DNA of 64,000 nt, from NCBI GenBank assembly GCA_049599475.1, contig JBMYOQ010000012.1:1-64000 (forward strand). Direction: 5' to 3'. The DNA comes from Opitutales bacterium (lineage in GTDB: Bacteria > Verrucomicrobiota > Verrucomicrobiia > Opitutales > JABSRG01). Both the position numbers and the translations under genes were made by a program. The notes under the pieces are model-generated. The model was given only the letters and a program-made list of their open reading frames with translations, was not told the origin of the DNA and did not search any database. This document shows, one piece after another, positions 28,828-39,265 of this stretch (positions are counted from its first letter, which is position 1; the number at the start of each line of letters is the position of its first letter).

Positions 28828-29331
28828 TTATGGTTCGACGCTTAAAATCTCTATTTCAAACACAACCGTCGCATGAGGGGGCACTTGGCCATACCTGCCT
28901 TTTTCGCGGTAGGCAAAAATCGAAGGGATCGCGACGGTGTATTTCCCGCCTTTCTTCATTAGAGGCATCACCTGTTCCCAGCCCCGAATAATCTGCCTGG
29001 GCTTGGCTCCTACAGTGAACCAGTAGGTATGAAAGCGGCCGGTTTTACGGTTAAAGACGGTGCCATCCAAGAGGCGTCCTTCGTATAGAGCTTCGACCCG
29101 ATCACCTTGTTTGATCAATGGCCCTTCACCTTCCTCGTCGACGCGGAAACGTATCCCACCATCCAACACTTGGGCATTGGGCACCATCTCATTTACACGT
29201 TCAATGTGCGAAGGTGGCATGTAATCCAAGCCGGCAATGATATTATCGGATTGGGCCTGAAGCATCACCGTCGCCGATAAAACAGCGGCGATTATCGTAG
29301 AGGTTCTCAGAGCATTTAATATGGGCATCAT
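28828..29331 (-). CDS. FKBP-type peptidyl-prolyl cis-trans isomerase
   Basis: YEGRLLDGTVF, IIRGWE, M.KGG...V.IP..AY, VPP.ATVVFEIEIL; signal peptide. Confidence 0.93.
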   Translation of the reverse strand: MMPILNALRTSTIIAAVLSATVMLQAQSDNIIAGLDYMPPSHIERVNEMVPNAQVLDGGIRFRVDEEGEGPLIKQGDRVEALYEGRLLDGTVFNRKTGRFHTYWFTVGAKPRQIIRGWEQVMPLMKKGGKYTVAIPSIFAYREKGRYGQVPPHATVVFEIEILSVEP

Positions 29332-29352
29332 ACTGGTCAGCTAGATCGTGTG

Positions 29353-31866
29353 TTATTTTCGGCGTCGTTTGGATTTTGGACGAGCGCTGTTTTTTCGATT
29401 CTGATTTCTCTTAGATGTCTTCTTGGGCGGTTTTGTTGCGTCTTTTCGACTATCTCTAGGTTTTCCTGTCGATCGCTTGAAGCTGCGAGACTCTCTTTTC
29501 TTCGATGCCTCTACGAGGGCCTTGGGTTTAAAAATCCGCTCGCCGGTTTGCGAGGAAGTCGTCTGAGTTGGGCGGTTCGGGCGCTTGAACTCTTCATCGC
29601 TAAGAGTGAAGTTCATCTGGCGTTTGAACCGGTCCACAGTTTCCACGACGACCTGGACTTTGTCGCCAATCGAGAATGTGCGATGTTTACGCCTGCCTGT
29701 CAGAGATTGTCCATCATTTGATAGGATATATAAGTCATCCTTTAGACTCGAGAGCCGAATCATGCCGAAAGCCATACACGATGTGATTTCGATGAACATG
29801 CCATGGTTTTTCACATCGGTAATGACGGCTTCCATGGGCTTTTTGTCCTCTAGGCCCACTTGACGATCGAAATATTCTAGCAGCTTTATCTTTACCGAAT
29901 CGCGCTCAGCTTCCTGAGAATTGCGCTCGGTAATTGAGATGTGCTCGCCTACGCCAACGAGTTGTGCAGCGCTGTAGCGGGCGTCCAGTTTCGCCGGAGC
30001 TGTTGGCATTTTCATGCGTTTGAGGAGACGGTCGAATGTCTGGTGCACGACCAAATCCGCATATCGACGAATCGGAGATGTAAAGTGGGTGTAATCGTCC
30101 TTGCAAAGACCGTAGTGCCCATCAGAGCTGGCGCGATAGCAGGCTTGTCTTAAACTTCTCAATACATGAATCTTGAGGGTGTAGCCCTGTGGATGTGTCT
30201 TTAGCTTCTTGAGGAGTGAGACTATGTGCTTTCGGTTGGAAAGGTCGCCTGTGGCAATGCCGAAGCTCGCCATTGTTTCCTCAAGCTCAGCGAGCTTTTC
30301 GCCGTCTGGCGCATCGTGAACCCGATATAGGCAGGGGAGTTGAGCCCCGTCTATGGCTTTGGCGACAGCTTCGTTGGCGGCGAGCATGAACTCTTCGATA
30401 AGCTGGTGGCTTTCGTTGTGCTCGACGGTTTCCATCCGGTCGGCATAGCCTTCTGCGTCTACGAAGATTTTCACCTCTGTCATGTCCAGGTCGAGTGACC
30501 CTTTTTTCATCCGGCGGCTGCGCAGAGAGGACGCAATGTCCCAGAAATTTCTTACAAGGTCTCGAAGGAAGCCCAACTCATCGTCAGTCATGCTGTTGAG
30601 AGCACGACCCGTGAAGCCGGTCTGGTGGGCGGCTGGGAGCGGGATCTCTCGAATCTTCTCTATGTCATCTGTATTCAGAAATGCATGCGCTTGCTCGTAG
30701 GTCAGGCGTTTGCGACTGTGGATTACCGTGTTGGCAAACTCCGTTTTGATGATCGTGTTCTTCTTGTCGAAAGTCAGGAAGACGCTCTTGGTGAGCCGGT
30801 CTTTGGCTTCGACTAGGGAGCACACACCGTTGGACAAGGCGTGCGGAAGCATGGGAATAACGGTCCCCACAAGGTATGTCGAATTTCCGCGTTTTTTGGC
30901 TTCGCGTGAAAGTGCAGTTCCCGGTTTTACGTAAGCTGCAACGTCGGCAATGTGGATGCCTACACGTCGTGATCCGTCGGGTTGTTCTTCTAATGTGACG
31001 GCGTCGTCGAAGTCTTTGGCATCCTCAGGGTCAATGGTGATCGTGTAAAGGTTGCGACAGTCCATGCGCCCCTGAATATCCGATTTGCGGACGCGATTCG
31101 GCAGGCCTTTTACCTCGTCCATAACCTTCGGCGGGAAATCTGGCTCCAGACCATGTTTTACCAAAATCCCCTTATACTCGGCCATTGGGTGGTGGCTCTT
31201 ACCCAGAACATCAATGATGGTGCCTTCAGGGTTGAGATGGCGTTGTTTCCACTCAATCACCTTTACGACGACTTTGTCATCGATCTTGGGTTTCGGCTTC
31301 AGGCGAGTCTTGCTCGGCTCGGGGACGAGAACATCTTGAACGAGCCGCGGGTCGTCAGGGATGACAAACCATGAGTAGCTTGAGCGCTTGAGTGTCCCGA
31401 CGATCTGGGGATTCGCGCGATCTAGAATTTGGATGACTTTTACGTAGGTGCGATCCTCTGACGGAAGTCCGCGTTTCGCGCGGTTGTTCCGATAGCGTCC
31501 GCGGTGTTGGCTCACCTTGCGGGCTAGGACACGATCTTTGTGCATGGCTACATAAGTGTCCTCGGCACGGACCTCAAAAGTCTCAGGATCCTTTTTGCCC
31601 GGAGTCTCGACAATAATGACTGCCGATCCTGACTGACGAAACATGATCGTGCCGCCTACTAGATCTGCGTCTTTGGGTAGACAGAGGCGTTCCTTTTTCA
31701 CCCGCGCCAAGCTACCCTCCTGGATACGCTTATGGACAATTTTCTGTAGCTGTCCGAGCTCGCGCTTCGTTTTCAGCTCCAACTGCTCGGCCAACTCCTC
31801 GATGCGTGCAGGAACGTAGTCCGGCGACATCAAGTGGGCGTGCAAAAGCTCTTCAACATTTTTCAT
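29353..31866 (-). CDS. rnr: Ribonuclease R
   Basis: TIDPEDAKDFDDA, IEEFMLAANE, HFTSPIRRYADL, S1 domain, basic tail. Confidence 0.96.
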   Translation of the reverse strand: MKNVEELLHAHLMSPDYVPARIEELAEQLELKTKRELGQLQKIVHKRIQEGSLARVKKERLCLPKDADLVGGTIMFRQSGSAVIIVETPGKKDPETFEVRAEDTYVAMHKDRVLARKVSQHRGRYRNNRAKRGLPSEDRTYVKVIQILDRANPQIVGTLKRSSYSWFVIPDDPRLVQDVLVPEPSKTRLKPKPKIDDKVVVKVIEWKQRHLNPEGTIIDVLGKSHHPMAEYKGILVKHGLEPDFPPKVMDEVKGLPNRVRKSDIQGRMDCRNLYTITIDPEDAKDFDDAVTLEEQPDGSRRVGIHIADVAAYVKPGTALSREAKKRGNSTYLVGTVIPMLPHALSNGVCSLVEAKDRLTKSVFLTFDKKNTIIKTEFANTVIHSRKRLTYEQAHAFLNTDDIEKIREIPLPAAHQTGFTGRALNSMTDDELGFLRDLVRNFWDIASSLRSRRMKKGSLDLDMTEVKIFVDAEGYADRMETVEHNESHQLIEEFMLAANEAVAKAIDGAQLPCLYRVHDAPDGEKLAELEETMASFGIATGDLSNRKHIVSLLKKLKTHPQGYTLKIHVLRSLRQACYRASSDGHYGLCKDDYTHFTSPIRRYADLVVHQTFDRLLKRMKMPTAPAKLDARYSAAQLVGVGEHISITERNSQEAERDSVKIKLLEYFDRQVGLEDKKPMEAVITDVKNHGMFIEITSCMAFGMIRLSSLKDDLYILSNDGQSLTGRRKHRTFSIGDKVQVVVETVDRFKRQMNFTLSDEEFKRPNRPTQTTSSQTGERIFKPKALVEASKKRESRSFKRSTGKPRDSRKDATKPPKKTSKRNQNRKNSARPKSKRRRK

Positions 31867-31915
31867 ACGAAGAGCCTTTGGGGGTTATGTGGATCAGACC
31901 GAGGAGGGGCAGGGG

Positions 31916-33595
31916 TCATGCGTTGATCCCAAGCCCCTGAAGGAAAGTAGTCAAATAAGGAATCAGCTGCTTCTTCCGGGATACGATACCGTGAAGTTCG
32001 AGAATGTGATCGCACCCAGCTTTTGCCTTAGGATAGGAGAAACTCTCCAGCACGTCATCCGGAGCGCTCACAACCAAGAGAGAATCCTGAATGTTGATAT
32101 CCGTGACCAGCATAACGGACATGAAAAGCCCCTCGCGTTCGCGAAATTCAGTGAGTGCTTGGTCCAGCTCTTCGGCCTTATTCCAGTAGTTGGTGAAGCC
32201 CAATTCTTCTACTTGTGCCACCGAATAGAGAAGATCGGCCTCATTGTAGATTTTGCAGTCTGAGCGTACGACTTGCTCGGGCGTTTGAGATAGAATCACA
32301 GATCCTGAAGAGAAGATCAAATCTGCCAAGTCATCGGCGGAGATACCCGCTATACCCGAGAGCCACGCGAGGATTTCATGATCCTTTTGCGTTGTCGTGG
32401 GGCCGCGTAAATTGAGCGTGTCCGAAATGATTCCAGACATCATGATGCCCGCAATGCTCGGAGTTGGCGTAATGCTGTGCCGCTCAAACATGGTCGCGAC
32501 GATCGTGCAGGTCGAACCGACTGGCACGTTCATGAATAGAATGGGCTGCTCGCTAGGAAGGTTGCCTAGGCGGTGATGGTCGACGACTTCGACAATCTTT
32601 GCCTGTTGAACGCCTTTGACCGCCTGAGATGCCTCGTTGTGGTCGACTAATACGAGCTCCGTTCCGACGGATTTGAGGAGGTCTGTTCGGGAGAAAATGC
32701 CGATGAGTCGCTCTTCTTCATCGACGACGAAGTATGCTGGTAGATTGTTCTGCTGAACCTTGCGCCGGACTGTTTCTACGGTCTCGTCTTCGTGGAAGGT
32801 CATGAATCGATCATCCAGGAGGCGATTGAGGCGCGTCGCAGAACGGACGATCCAAGATGTGGTCGCTGAATCGTAAGGGCTGATGATGAGGCTCACGCCA
32901 CGTTCGCGAGCCAGGTCGATGATGTATTTCTCGATCTCAAGTCCTCCTGTGATGACAAGGAGGCGGACACCCAAATTGATCGACTTTTCCTGAATGTCAT
33001 GGCGATCGCCAACGACGATGATGCTCTTTGAGGCCGGGATCTCTTCATTGCGGTGGAATCCTCCAAAACTGTGAAGATTCATCGCGCCGACGCGGACGTA
33101 GAGGTCTTCGTCGATCTCAGGGTCCACCGTGTGCACGACGCGCGCTTTGAGAGCGCTGATGATGGCTGAGATCGATGTGACGACCTTGCGCATCTGTTTG
33201 GTCTCGCGCGGTTTGGGAATGAAAAATTCTCCGAGTTGGAAAATGGAGACGAGGCCTTTGACCCGGTTGTCGTCGTCCACTACCGGGAGTGAGCGCACAT
33301 CAAATTCGTCGATAAGATCCAGGGCTTCGGCACAGGTCGAATCAGTGTGAGCTTTCAGCACCTTGGTGATCATGATGTCTTTTACCTTCGGTGTGACATC
33401 GGTGATCAGAGGCGGTAAGCTGACGTCAAATTTTTCTAGAATGGCGTCGATTCGCTTATTTGAATTCCCGCAACGTGCGGCCTGAAATCTGGTTTCACCG
33501 GTCTCTTTTTTGAATGCCTCATAGGCGATGGCCGAGCAGATTGCGTCGGCATCCGGGTTCTTGTGACCGATAATGTAAACAGGTTTTTCTGCCAT
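31916..33595 (-). CDS. ppaC: Mn-dependent family II inorganic pyrophosphatase with CBS and DRTGG domains
   Basis: GHKNPDADAICSA, CBS pair with intervening VGDR DRTGG-like domain, LVDHNE, DHH, SDT, SRKKQ. Confidence 0.92.
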   Translation of the reverse strand: MAEKPVYIIGHKNPDADAICSAIAYEAFKKETGETRFQAARCGNSNKRIDAILEKFDVSLPPLITDVTPKVKDIMITKVLKAHTDSTCAEALDLIDEFDVRSLPVVDDDNRVKGLVSIFQLGEFFIPKPRETKQMRKVVTSISAIISALKARVVHTVDPEIDEDLYVRVGAMNLHSFGGFHRNEEIPASKSIIVVGDRHDIQEKSINLGVRLLVITGGLEIEKYIIDLARERGVSLIISPYDSATTSWIVRSATRLNRLLDDRFMTFHEDETVETVRRKVQQNNLPAYFVVDEEERLIGIFSRTDLLKSVGTELVLVDHNEASQAVKGVQQAKIVEVVDHHRLGNLPSEQPILFMNVPVGSTCTIVATMFERHSITPTPSIAGIMMSGIISDTLNLRGPTTTQKDHEILAWLSGIAGISADDLADLIFSSGSVILSQTPEQVVRSDCKIYNEADLLYSVAQVEELGFTNYWNKAEELDQALTEFREREGLFMSVMLVTDINIQDSLLVVSAPDDVLESFSYPKAKAGCDHILELHGIVSRKKQLIPYLTTFLQGLGINA

Positions 33596-33741
33596 GTATT
33601 TTGGTTCTTTTTATGGGAAAGAGCAGGGAGGGCGTTTTCGAGAGAGTCAGTTTTTCGCTAACGGCTTTTTCCGGATTTTGCTTAGATTACGTTATTTGTT
33701 GGATTTTTATGGATGGGAGAAATTACTGAAAAGAGTATATT

Positions 33742-34290
33742 TCAGTCGGAGATAGCAACCATAGCGCCAGCTTCGATTTTCGAGAACAAAATTATGATAT
33801 CCGAGTCGACGAGCTCCACGCAGCCGCCGCTGAATGGCTCGCCAATGCGCTCTGGGTGGTTCGTGCCGTGGATATAAACATAGCGGTCGTAAGTGTCGCG
33901 GCCGGGACCCGCGTTGTGGCCAGGCTCTAGGCCACGCATGCGGATTATGCGCGTGGTCACATAGTTTCTCTCCCGCTCTTCTGGGCTGAGCTCAGAGACG
34001 TGTCCGCTGGGAATGCGAGATTTGAAAATGGTCCCAGCTTCAGCGCCGTCGCCGATCTTCTCGACAATTTCGTGCATCCCTGTGGGAGTGCCGAAGGAAT
34101 TTTCGATGCACGAGGGCGGGGCTTTCCCTGTAGAAATCGTATACTCCTGTAGGAGCTGAGAGTCTCGATAGTGAAACATTTTTTGCTCAGGGATCGAAAC
34201 CCAGAGAACATCTTGAGGAATCTCAAGGGAAAGGTCTTGGCAACGCGATTGAATCCACCTAGGAAGGTTCGTTTCATTAACAACAGTCAT
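33742..34290 (-). CDS. L,D-transpeptidase (YkuD) family protein
   Basis: VSIPEQ.M, ISTG, TPTG.H, YIHGT.....IG.P.SGGCV. ATG 34290 is the nearest canonical start that precedes the domain. Confidence 0.85.
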   Translation of the reverse strand: MTVVNETNLPRWIQSRCQDLSLEIPQDVLWVSIPEQKMFHYRDSQLLQEYTISTGKAPPSCIENSFGTPTGMHEIVEKIGDGAEAGTIFKSRIPSGHVSELSPEERERNYVTTRIIRMRGLEPGHNAGPGRDTYDRYVYIHGTNHPERIGEPFSGGCVELVDSDIIILFSKIEAGAMVAISD

Positions 34291-35323
34291 GGCACAACAG
34301 TATCGTATCGGAATCGTAGGAGCTACCGGAGCAGTCGGTAAAGAGCTTCTCGAATTACTAATCGAACGGGCGTTTCCGGCCAAGGAAATTCGCCTGTATG
34401 CTTCTGCGCGCTCAGCAGGAAAAACGATCGAGCATTCTGGTAAAACGTACACGATCGAGGAGACGACTCCTGAGATTTTTGCTGATATCGATATCGCTAT
34501 CTTCAGTGCCGGATCTTCTATTTCCAAAGATCTCGCTTGGGAAGCAGCGCAGCGCGACTGTGTCGTGATCGATAATAGCTCGGCGTTCCGTATGGATCCA
34601 CGGTGTCCGTTGGTGGTTCCGGAAGTGAATCCGTTTGCTGCCAAAGACCACCAGGGGGTGATTGCGAATCCGAATTGTTCAACGGCGATTACCTTGATGG
34701 GGCTGTATCCGCTCCACGAGGAGTTTGGGTTGATTCGCTATTTTGCCTCGACCTATCAGTCCGCCTCTGGGGCCGGTGCGCCGGGAATGGCTGAGCTGGA
34801 GGCCCAGGCGAAAAGCTGGGTTCAGGGTGAAGAGATCAAGGTAGATGCTTTTGCGCATCAGTTACTTTTCAACCTCATCCCGCATGTGGATGTCTTCCAG
34901 GAAAATGGCTATACCAAGGAAGAGATGAAATTTGTGAACGAGAGCCGAAAAATTCTCGATTTCCCAAATCTCCGGGCTTCTTCGACATGTGTGCGGGTGC
35001 CGGTTTTGCGGGCTCACTCGATCGCGGTTCAAGCCGAGTTTGAAAAACCGGTCGACGTGCAGCGTGCTCGGGAGGTGATTGCCGAGTTTGAGGGATCAGA
35101 GCTTATCGATGAGCCAGAGAATTTGAGCTATCCTATGCCCTTGGATTATGCCGCGAAGGTTCCTTGTGGTGTGGGACGGATCCGTAAGGATTTGGCTTTT
35201 GATAATGGCCTATCGTTTTTCGTGGTCGGTGACCAGCTCTGGAAGGGGGCAGCATTGAATGCGGTGCAAATCGCAGAATTGCTCGTCGAGCGTGAATGGC
35301 TCAGCCCGATCGCAGTAGGCTAG
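34289..35323 (+). CDS. asd: Aspartate-semialdehyde dehydrogenase
   Basis: VGATGAVG, DNSSAFRM, PLVVPEVN, ANPNCST, CVRVPV..AHS, KGAALNAVQIAE. Confidence 0.98.
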   Translation: MAQQYRIGIVGATGAVGKELLELLIERAFPAKEIRLYASARSAGKTIEHSGKTYTIEETTPEIFADIDIAIFSAGSSISKDLAWEAAQRDCVVIDNSSAFRMDPRCPLVVPEVNPFAAKDHQGVIANPNCSTAITLMGLYPLHEEFGLIRYFASTYQSASGAGAPGMAELEAQAKSWVQGEEIKVDAFAHQLLFNLIPHVDVFQENGYTKEEMKFVNESRKILDFPNLRASSTCVRVPVLRAHSIAVQAEFEKPVDVQRAREVIAEFEGSELIDEPENLSYPMPLDYAAKVPCGVGRIRKDLAFDNGLSFFVVGDQLWKGAALNAVQIAELLVEREWLSPIAVG

Positions 35324-35397
35324 TCTGTAATTGTCCTGAAATTTGAAAATTACACTGCGGCGTTGCAACTTACGCCTCAGTGTAAACTTTCGTAGTC

Positions 35398-37416
35398 GTG
35401 AAGTTTGACCTTGCTGCCGACTACCTGCCCACTGGGGACCAACCTCAAGCGATTGATTCAATTGTGAAGTCCATCCAGGAGGGGAACCGCTATCAGACCC
35501 TTCTGGGAGTAACCGGTTCTGGTAAAACCTTCACCATGGCCAATGTGATCCAAAAGCTGCAGCGGCCGGCTTTGATTATTTCTCATAATAAGACTCTGGC
35601 TGCGCAGTTGTATTCAGAATTTAAGGCCTTTTTTCCGAACAACGCTGTCGAATATTTTGTAAGCTATTACGATTACTACCAGCCGGAAGCCTACGTGCCC
35701 GCGACGGATACTTATATAGAAAAGGATTCCTCGATAAACGACGAGATCGAGCGACTGAGAATCGCTGCCTCGAGTTCCTTGATTAGCCGTAAAGACGTCA
35801 TCGTGATCGCGAGTGTCTCCTGTATCTACGGCTTGGGTTCGCCAGAAGACTTTCGTGAGATGATGATTCCTCTGAAAACGGGAGACCAGCGACCGCGCGA
35901 TGCCTTCTTGCAATCGCTTGTCGAGATTCTCTATGAGCGCAACGATATTGATCTGAAGCGCGGCACCTTCCGTGTGAGAGGCGAGGTAGTCGACGTCTTT
36001 CCTGCATACATGGAGAGCGCCATACGGGTTGAATTCTGGGGAGACGAAATTGAGATGATCCGTGCGCTCGATCCGTTGACGGGAGAACTTGGAGAAAGCT
36101 ATGAGGAGTTTCGCCTGTATCCTGCAAATCAGTACATTACGCCACGCCGTAAACTAGACGTGGCGATCAAAGCGATACGAAAGGAGCTCGAAAAGCGTGT
36201 CTCCGAGTTGGAGAAAAAGAATCTTCTCCTCGAAGCTCAACGCATTCGAATGCGGACGGAGTACGACATTGAACTCCTACAGGAAATGGGATTCTGCAGT
36301 GGCATTGAGAATTACTCGATGCACCTGAGTGGCCGCAAACCGGGGGATCGGCCTTGGTGCTTGGTCGATTTTTTCCCGAAAGACTTTGTCCTGATGGTCG
36401 ATGAAAGCCACGTGACAGTCCCGCAAATTCACGGTATGTATCATGGAGATCGCTCGCGCAAGCAGCGTCTCGTTGATTTTGGGTTCCGTTTACCCTCGGC
36501 TATGGATAACCGCCCGCAGACCCCAGAGGAGTTTGATAGTATTACGAATCAAACTCTCTATGTTTCGGCGACCCCAGCTGAATTAGAGCTGGAGCGCTCT
36601 GAGCTGGTGGCTGAACAAGTGATACGTCCGACAGGCCTAGTGGATCCCAGCATGGATATCCGTCCGATCAAAGGACAGGTAGAGGACTTGATGGGAGAGA
36701 TCAAGAAGTCGGTCGAAGCGAATGAGCGCATCCTTGTCACTACGCTTACCAAGCGCATGTCTGAAGACCTCAGTGATTATCTGCGCGAGGCAGGGATTCG
36801 CGTCGAGTATCTGCACTCGGATAATGATGCTATTGAACGCATTGAGATTTTGCGGAAATTACGCCGAGGAGACTTCGATGTACTTGTAGGGGTCAACCTA
36901 TTACGTGAAGGTTTGGATCTTCCAGAAGTGGCGCTGGTTGCCATACTAGACGCGGATAAAGAAGGATTCCTTCGTAGTGAAACGAGTATTATTCAGACTG
37001 CGGGTCGAGCCGCGCGTCACGAGAAAGGACGCGTCATTTTGTATGCAGATGTTATGACACGCTCCATCACAAGATCGCTCGCGGTGATAAATAAACGGCG
37101 GGAAAAACAGCTAGCCTATAACAAGGAGCATGGGATCACTCCGAAATCGGTGAAGCGGGGCGATCAGCAAAGTTTACATGTTGGGCAGAAAGATGCAGAG
37201 CCGATGGAAGCAGTTGCTGAGGACATCGAGGATATCCCCGGTTTGATTGCTGAACTTGAGGAAGAAATGCTCGAGGCATCCAGGGCTTTAGAGTTTGAAA
37301 GAGCCGCCGTTATACGAGACCAGATTGAGGGTCTGAAATCGGGCTCTTACAAAAACTCCGCCGGCGGCAAGTCTAAGGGCTCTCGTGGGCGCAAACGTTA
37401 TCGGCCCCGCAATTGA
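35398..37416 (+). CDS. uvrB: Excinuclease ABC subunit UvrB
   Basis: GVTGSGKT, YYDYYQPEAY, DESH, LREGLDLPEV, QTAGRAAR, UVR domain. Confidence 0.99.
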   Translation: MKFDLAADYLPTGDQPQAIDSIVKSIQEGNRYQTLLGVTGSGKTFTMANVIQKLQRPALIISHNKTLAAQLYSEFKAFFPNNAVEYFVSYYDYYQPEAYVPATDTYIEKDSSINDEIERLRIAASSSLISRKDVIVIASVSCIYGLGSPEDFREMMIPLKTGDQRPRDAFLQSLVEILYERNDIDLKRGTFRVRGEVVDVFPAYMESAIRVEFWGDEIEMIRALDPLTGELGESYEEFRLYPANQYITPRRKLDVAIKAIRKELEKRVSELEKKNLLLEAQRIRMRTEYDIELLQEMGFCSGIENYSMHLSGRKPGDRPWCLVDFFPKDFVLMVDESHVTVPQIHGMYHGDRSRKQRLVDFGFRLPSAMDNRPQTPEEFDSITNQTLYVSATPAELELERSELVAEQVIRPTGLVDPSMDIRPIKGQVEDLMGEIKKSVEANERILVTTLTKRMSEDLSDYLREAGIRVEYLHSDNDAIERIEILRKLRRGDFDVLVGVNLLREGLDLPEVALVAILDADKEGFLRSETSIIQTAGRAARHEKGRVILYADVMTRSITRSLAVINKRREKQLAYNKEHGITPKSVKRGDQQSLHVGQKDAEPMEAVAEDIEDIPGLIAELEEEMLEASRALEFERAAVIRDQIEGLKSGSYKNSAGGKSKGSRGRKRYRPRN

Positions 37417-37418
37417 TT

Positions 37419-37445
37419 TTTTACAAATTTTACAAGTTTTACGAA
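37419..37445 (+). repeat. Three 9-bp tandem units after uvrB
   Basis: TTTTACAAA TTTTACAAG TTTTACGAA. Confidence 0.6.
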
Positions 37446-37491
37446 TTGAGTTGCAAGTAGTTTAAAACTTATTGATTTTGGATTATCATTT

Positions 37492-38202
37492 ATGAGCGAA
37501 CACCCTTTGGCGCTAGTAACCGGAGCAAATCGAGGCCTTGGGCTCGAATTCACGCAGCAACTCTTGCGTCGAGCGTATCGCGTTGTGGCCACCTGCCGGA
37601 GCCCTGATAGCGCAACAGAACTACGTCGCATTCGGCAGTCATTCCCGAAGCAACTCGAGATATTGACTCTGGAAGTGGACGATGCCGACGATCGAAAAAG
37701 CCTCTATGCTTATTTCCGCCAGACGCATTCAGTCATCGACCTATTGATAAATAATGCCGGTATCGCGCATTGGGATACGTTCAAAGACTTTTCTGAGGAG
37801 AAAATTATGGAGTCGATTCGGGTAAATGCCATGGCTCCGCTGATGATTACGCGCGATATGTTGCCTTTCCTAGAGCGCTCGCGTAATCCTCGGGTTGCGA
37901 TGATCACATCGCGAGTCGGGAGCATGCAAATGACTAAGGACACAGGTTTCAAAGGCTTTGCTTATCCCATGAGCAAAGCGATTTTGAATATGGCTGGAGT
38001 TCAGCTCTCCGAGGCTCTGCGGAATAAAAAGATATCGGTCTTCATGCAAAGCCCAGGCTGGGTGCGCACTGATATGGGCGGCCCGGAAGCGACGAGCAGT
38101 GTCTCAGAATCAGTCAGGTCGATGCTCGAAATATTCGAGAAAATCACACCGAAACAAACTGGGTGCTTTTTCTCCGAGACGGGTGATGTCCTGAATTGGT
38201 AG
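37492..38202 (+). CDS. SDR oxidoreductase (C-factor/CsgA-like)
   Basis: TGANRGLG, LINNAG, YPMSK, PGWVRTDMGG. Confidence 0.93.
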   Translation: MSEHPLALVTGANRGLGLEFTQQLLRRAYRVVATCRSPDSATELRRIRQSFPKQLEILTLEVDDADDRKSLYAYFRQTHSVIDLLINNAGIAHWDTFKDFSEEKIMESIRVNAMAPLMITRDMLPFLERSRNPRVAMITSRVGSMQMTKDTGFKGFAYPMSKAILNMAGVQLSEALRNKKISVFMQSPGWVRTDMGGPEATSSVSESVRSMLEIFEKITPKQTGCFFSETGDVLNW

Positions 38203-38252
38203 TCTCTGCGAAATAGAGTGCAAATTTCCTGGGGCGTTGTCAGCCTCATGGG

Positions 38253-39125
38253 ATGACGACTTTCAAAAAAATTGTGACCCACCCGGGAGGGGCTCACAAA
38301 GACGAATTTTTGGCGTGTGCGCTATTGATCGCAGAGCATGGAACCCCTGTTTTACGGAGGGATCCTGATGAATCCGATCTGTCTGATCCTGAAATTGCGG
38401 TAGTCGATGTGGGCCACCGTCACGAGCCCGAGCTTGGAAATTTCGACCATCATCAATTTCCCAGAGATGCTGAACCTAGCTGCGCGCTGTCATTGGTCCT
38501 CCAATATTTAAATTTGTATGAGGACGCCTGTGCGTTTTGCGAGTGGCTTGAGCCGGCAGAGTGGTTTGACTGTCGTGGAGCCATTCGTACCGCAGAGTGG
38601 CTTGGAGTGGAGCGTGATGTGATGTTTAAGCTCAACTCTCCGATTGATTTTACCGTGCTCAAACGCTTCGCTGCTGGGTCGGAATGGAAGCCAGGCGATG
38701 TCATCTGGGAGATGATGCGTATGATCGGGGAAGATTTGCTTACCTACATTCGAGGCATGCGCGAGCGAGTGGATGGGTTCGGCCAATACGCGAGAATTGA
38801 GGGAATCCAAATGCCCGATCAGGCCGACGCGAAAATTATCTATATCGGACGCTCAGACACACTCCCAGAGGATGCGACCCAAGGACTCAGCTTCTACCTC
38901 AAGGAACAAGGAATTGAAGACTCGGTGGTAGCGATCATCTCTCCAGACAGCCGAGGGGAGGGCTATGGTATGCGTCGGTACGAGGACCACCCAAAGATCG
39001 ACTTCAATCGTATTGCGGATCAACCAGATGCACATTTCGTCCACAAAAGTGGCTTCCTGGCCAAAGTCACGGCTACCGAGAAGAGTCGACTTTTGGAGCT
39101 GCTCCATATGGCCGTTGTGAGCTAA
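38253..39125 (+). CDS. MYG1 family protein (DHH-like exonuclease)
   Basis: THPG.AH.DE..AC, VVDVG, FDHHQ, FVH.SGF. Confidence 0.85.
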   Translation: MTTFKKIVTHPGGAHKDEFLACALLIAEHGTPVLRRDPDESDLSDPEIAVVDVGHRHEPELGNFDHHQFPRDAEPSCALSLVLQYLNLYEDACAFCEWLEPAEWFDCRGAIRTAEWLGVERDVMFKLNSPIDFTVLKRFAAGSEWKPGDVIWEMMRMIGEDLLTYIRGMRERVDGFGQYARIEGIQMPDQADAKIIYIGRSDTLPEDATQGLSFYLKEQGIEDSVVAIISPDSRGEGYGMRRYEDHPKIDFNRIADQPDAHFVHKSGFLAKVTATEKSRLLELLHMAVVS

Positions 39126-39265
39126 GGAATGTCTACGAACGACTCGAAACTCACGAAGGCCTATCCACAACAAGTGGATCCTCTCGTGCTTATAGTGTGG
39201 TTCTTGGACTACTCAATTTCATCCTCACCTTCTTGATCCATCGCGATTCTTTACGATGGTGTGAG

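Noticed and set aside
34291..34644. N-terminal 118 aa of the 300-aa ORF 33742-34644
   Set aside because: Antisense to conserved asd coding sequence; the YkuD domain begins after ATG 34290.
39234..39265. TGATCC as an RpoE/ChrR-type photo-oxidative promoter for the photolyase operon
   Set aside because: No CGTA -10 element at the expected spacing.
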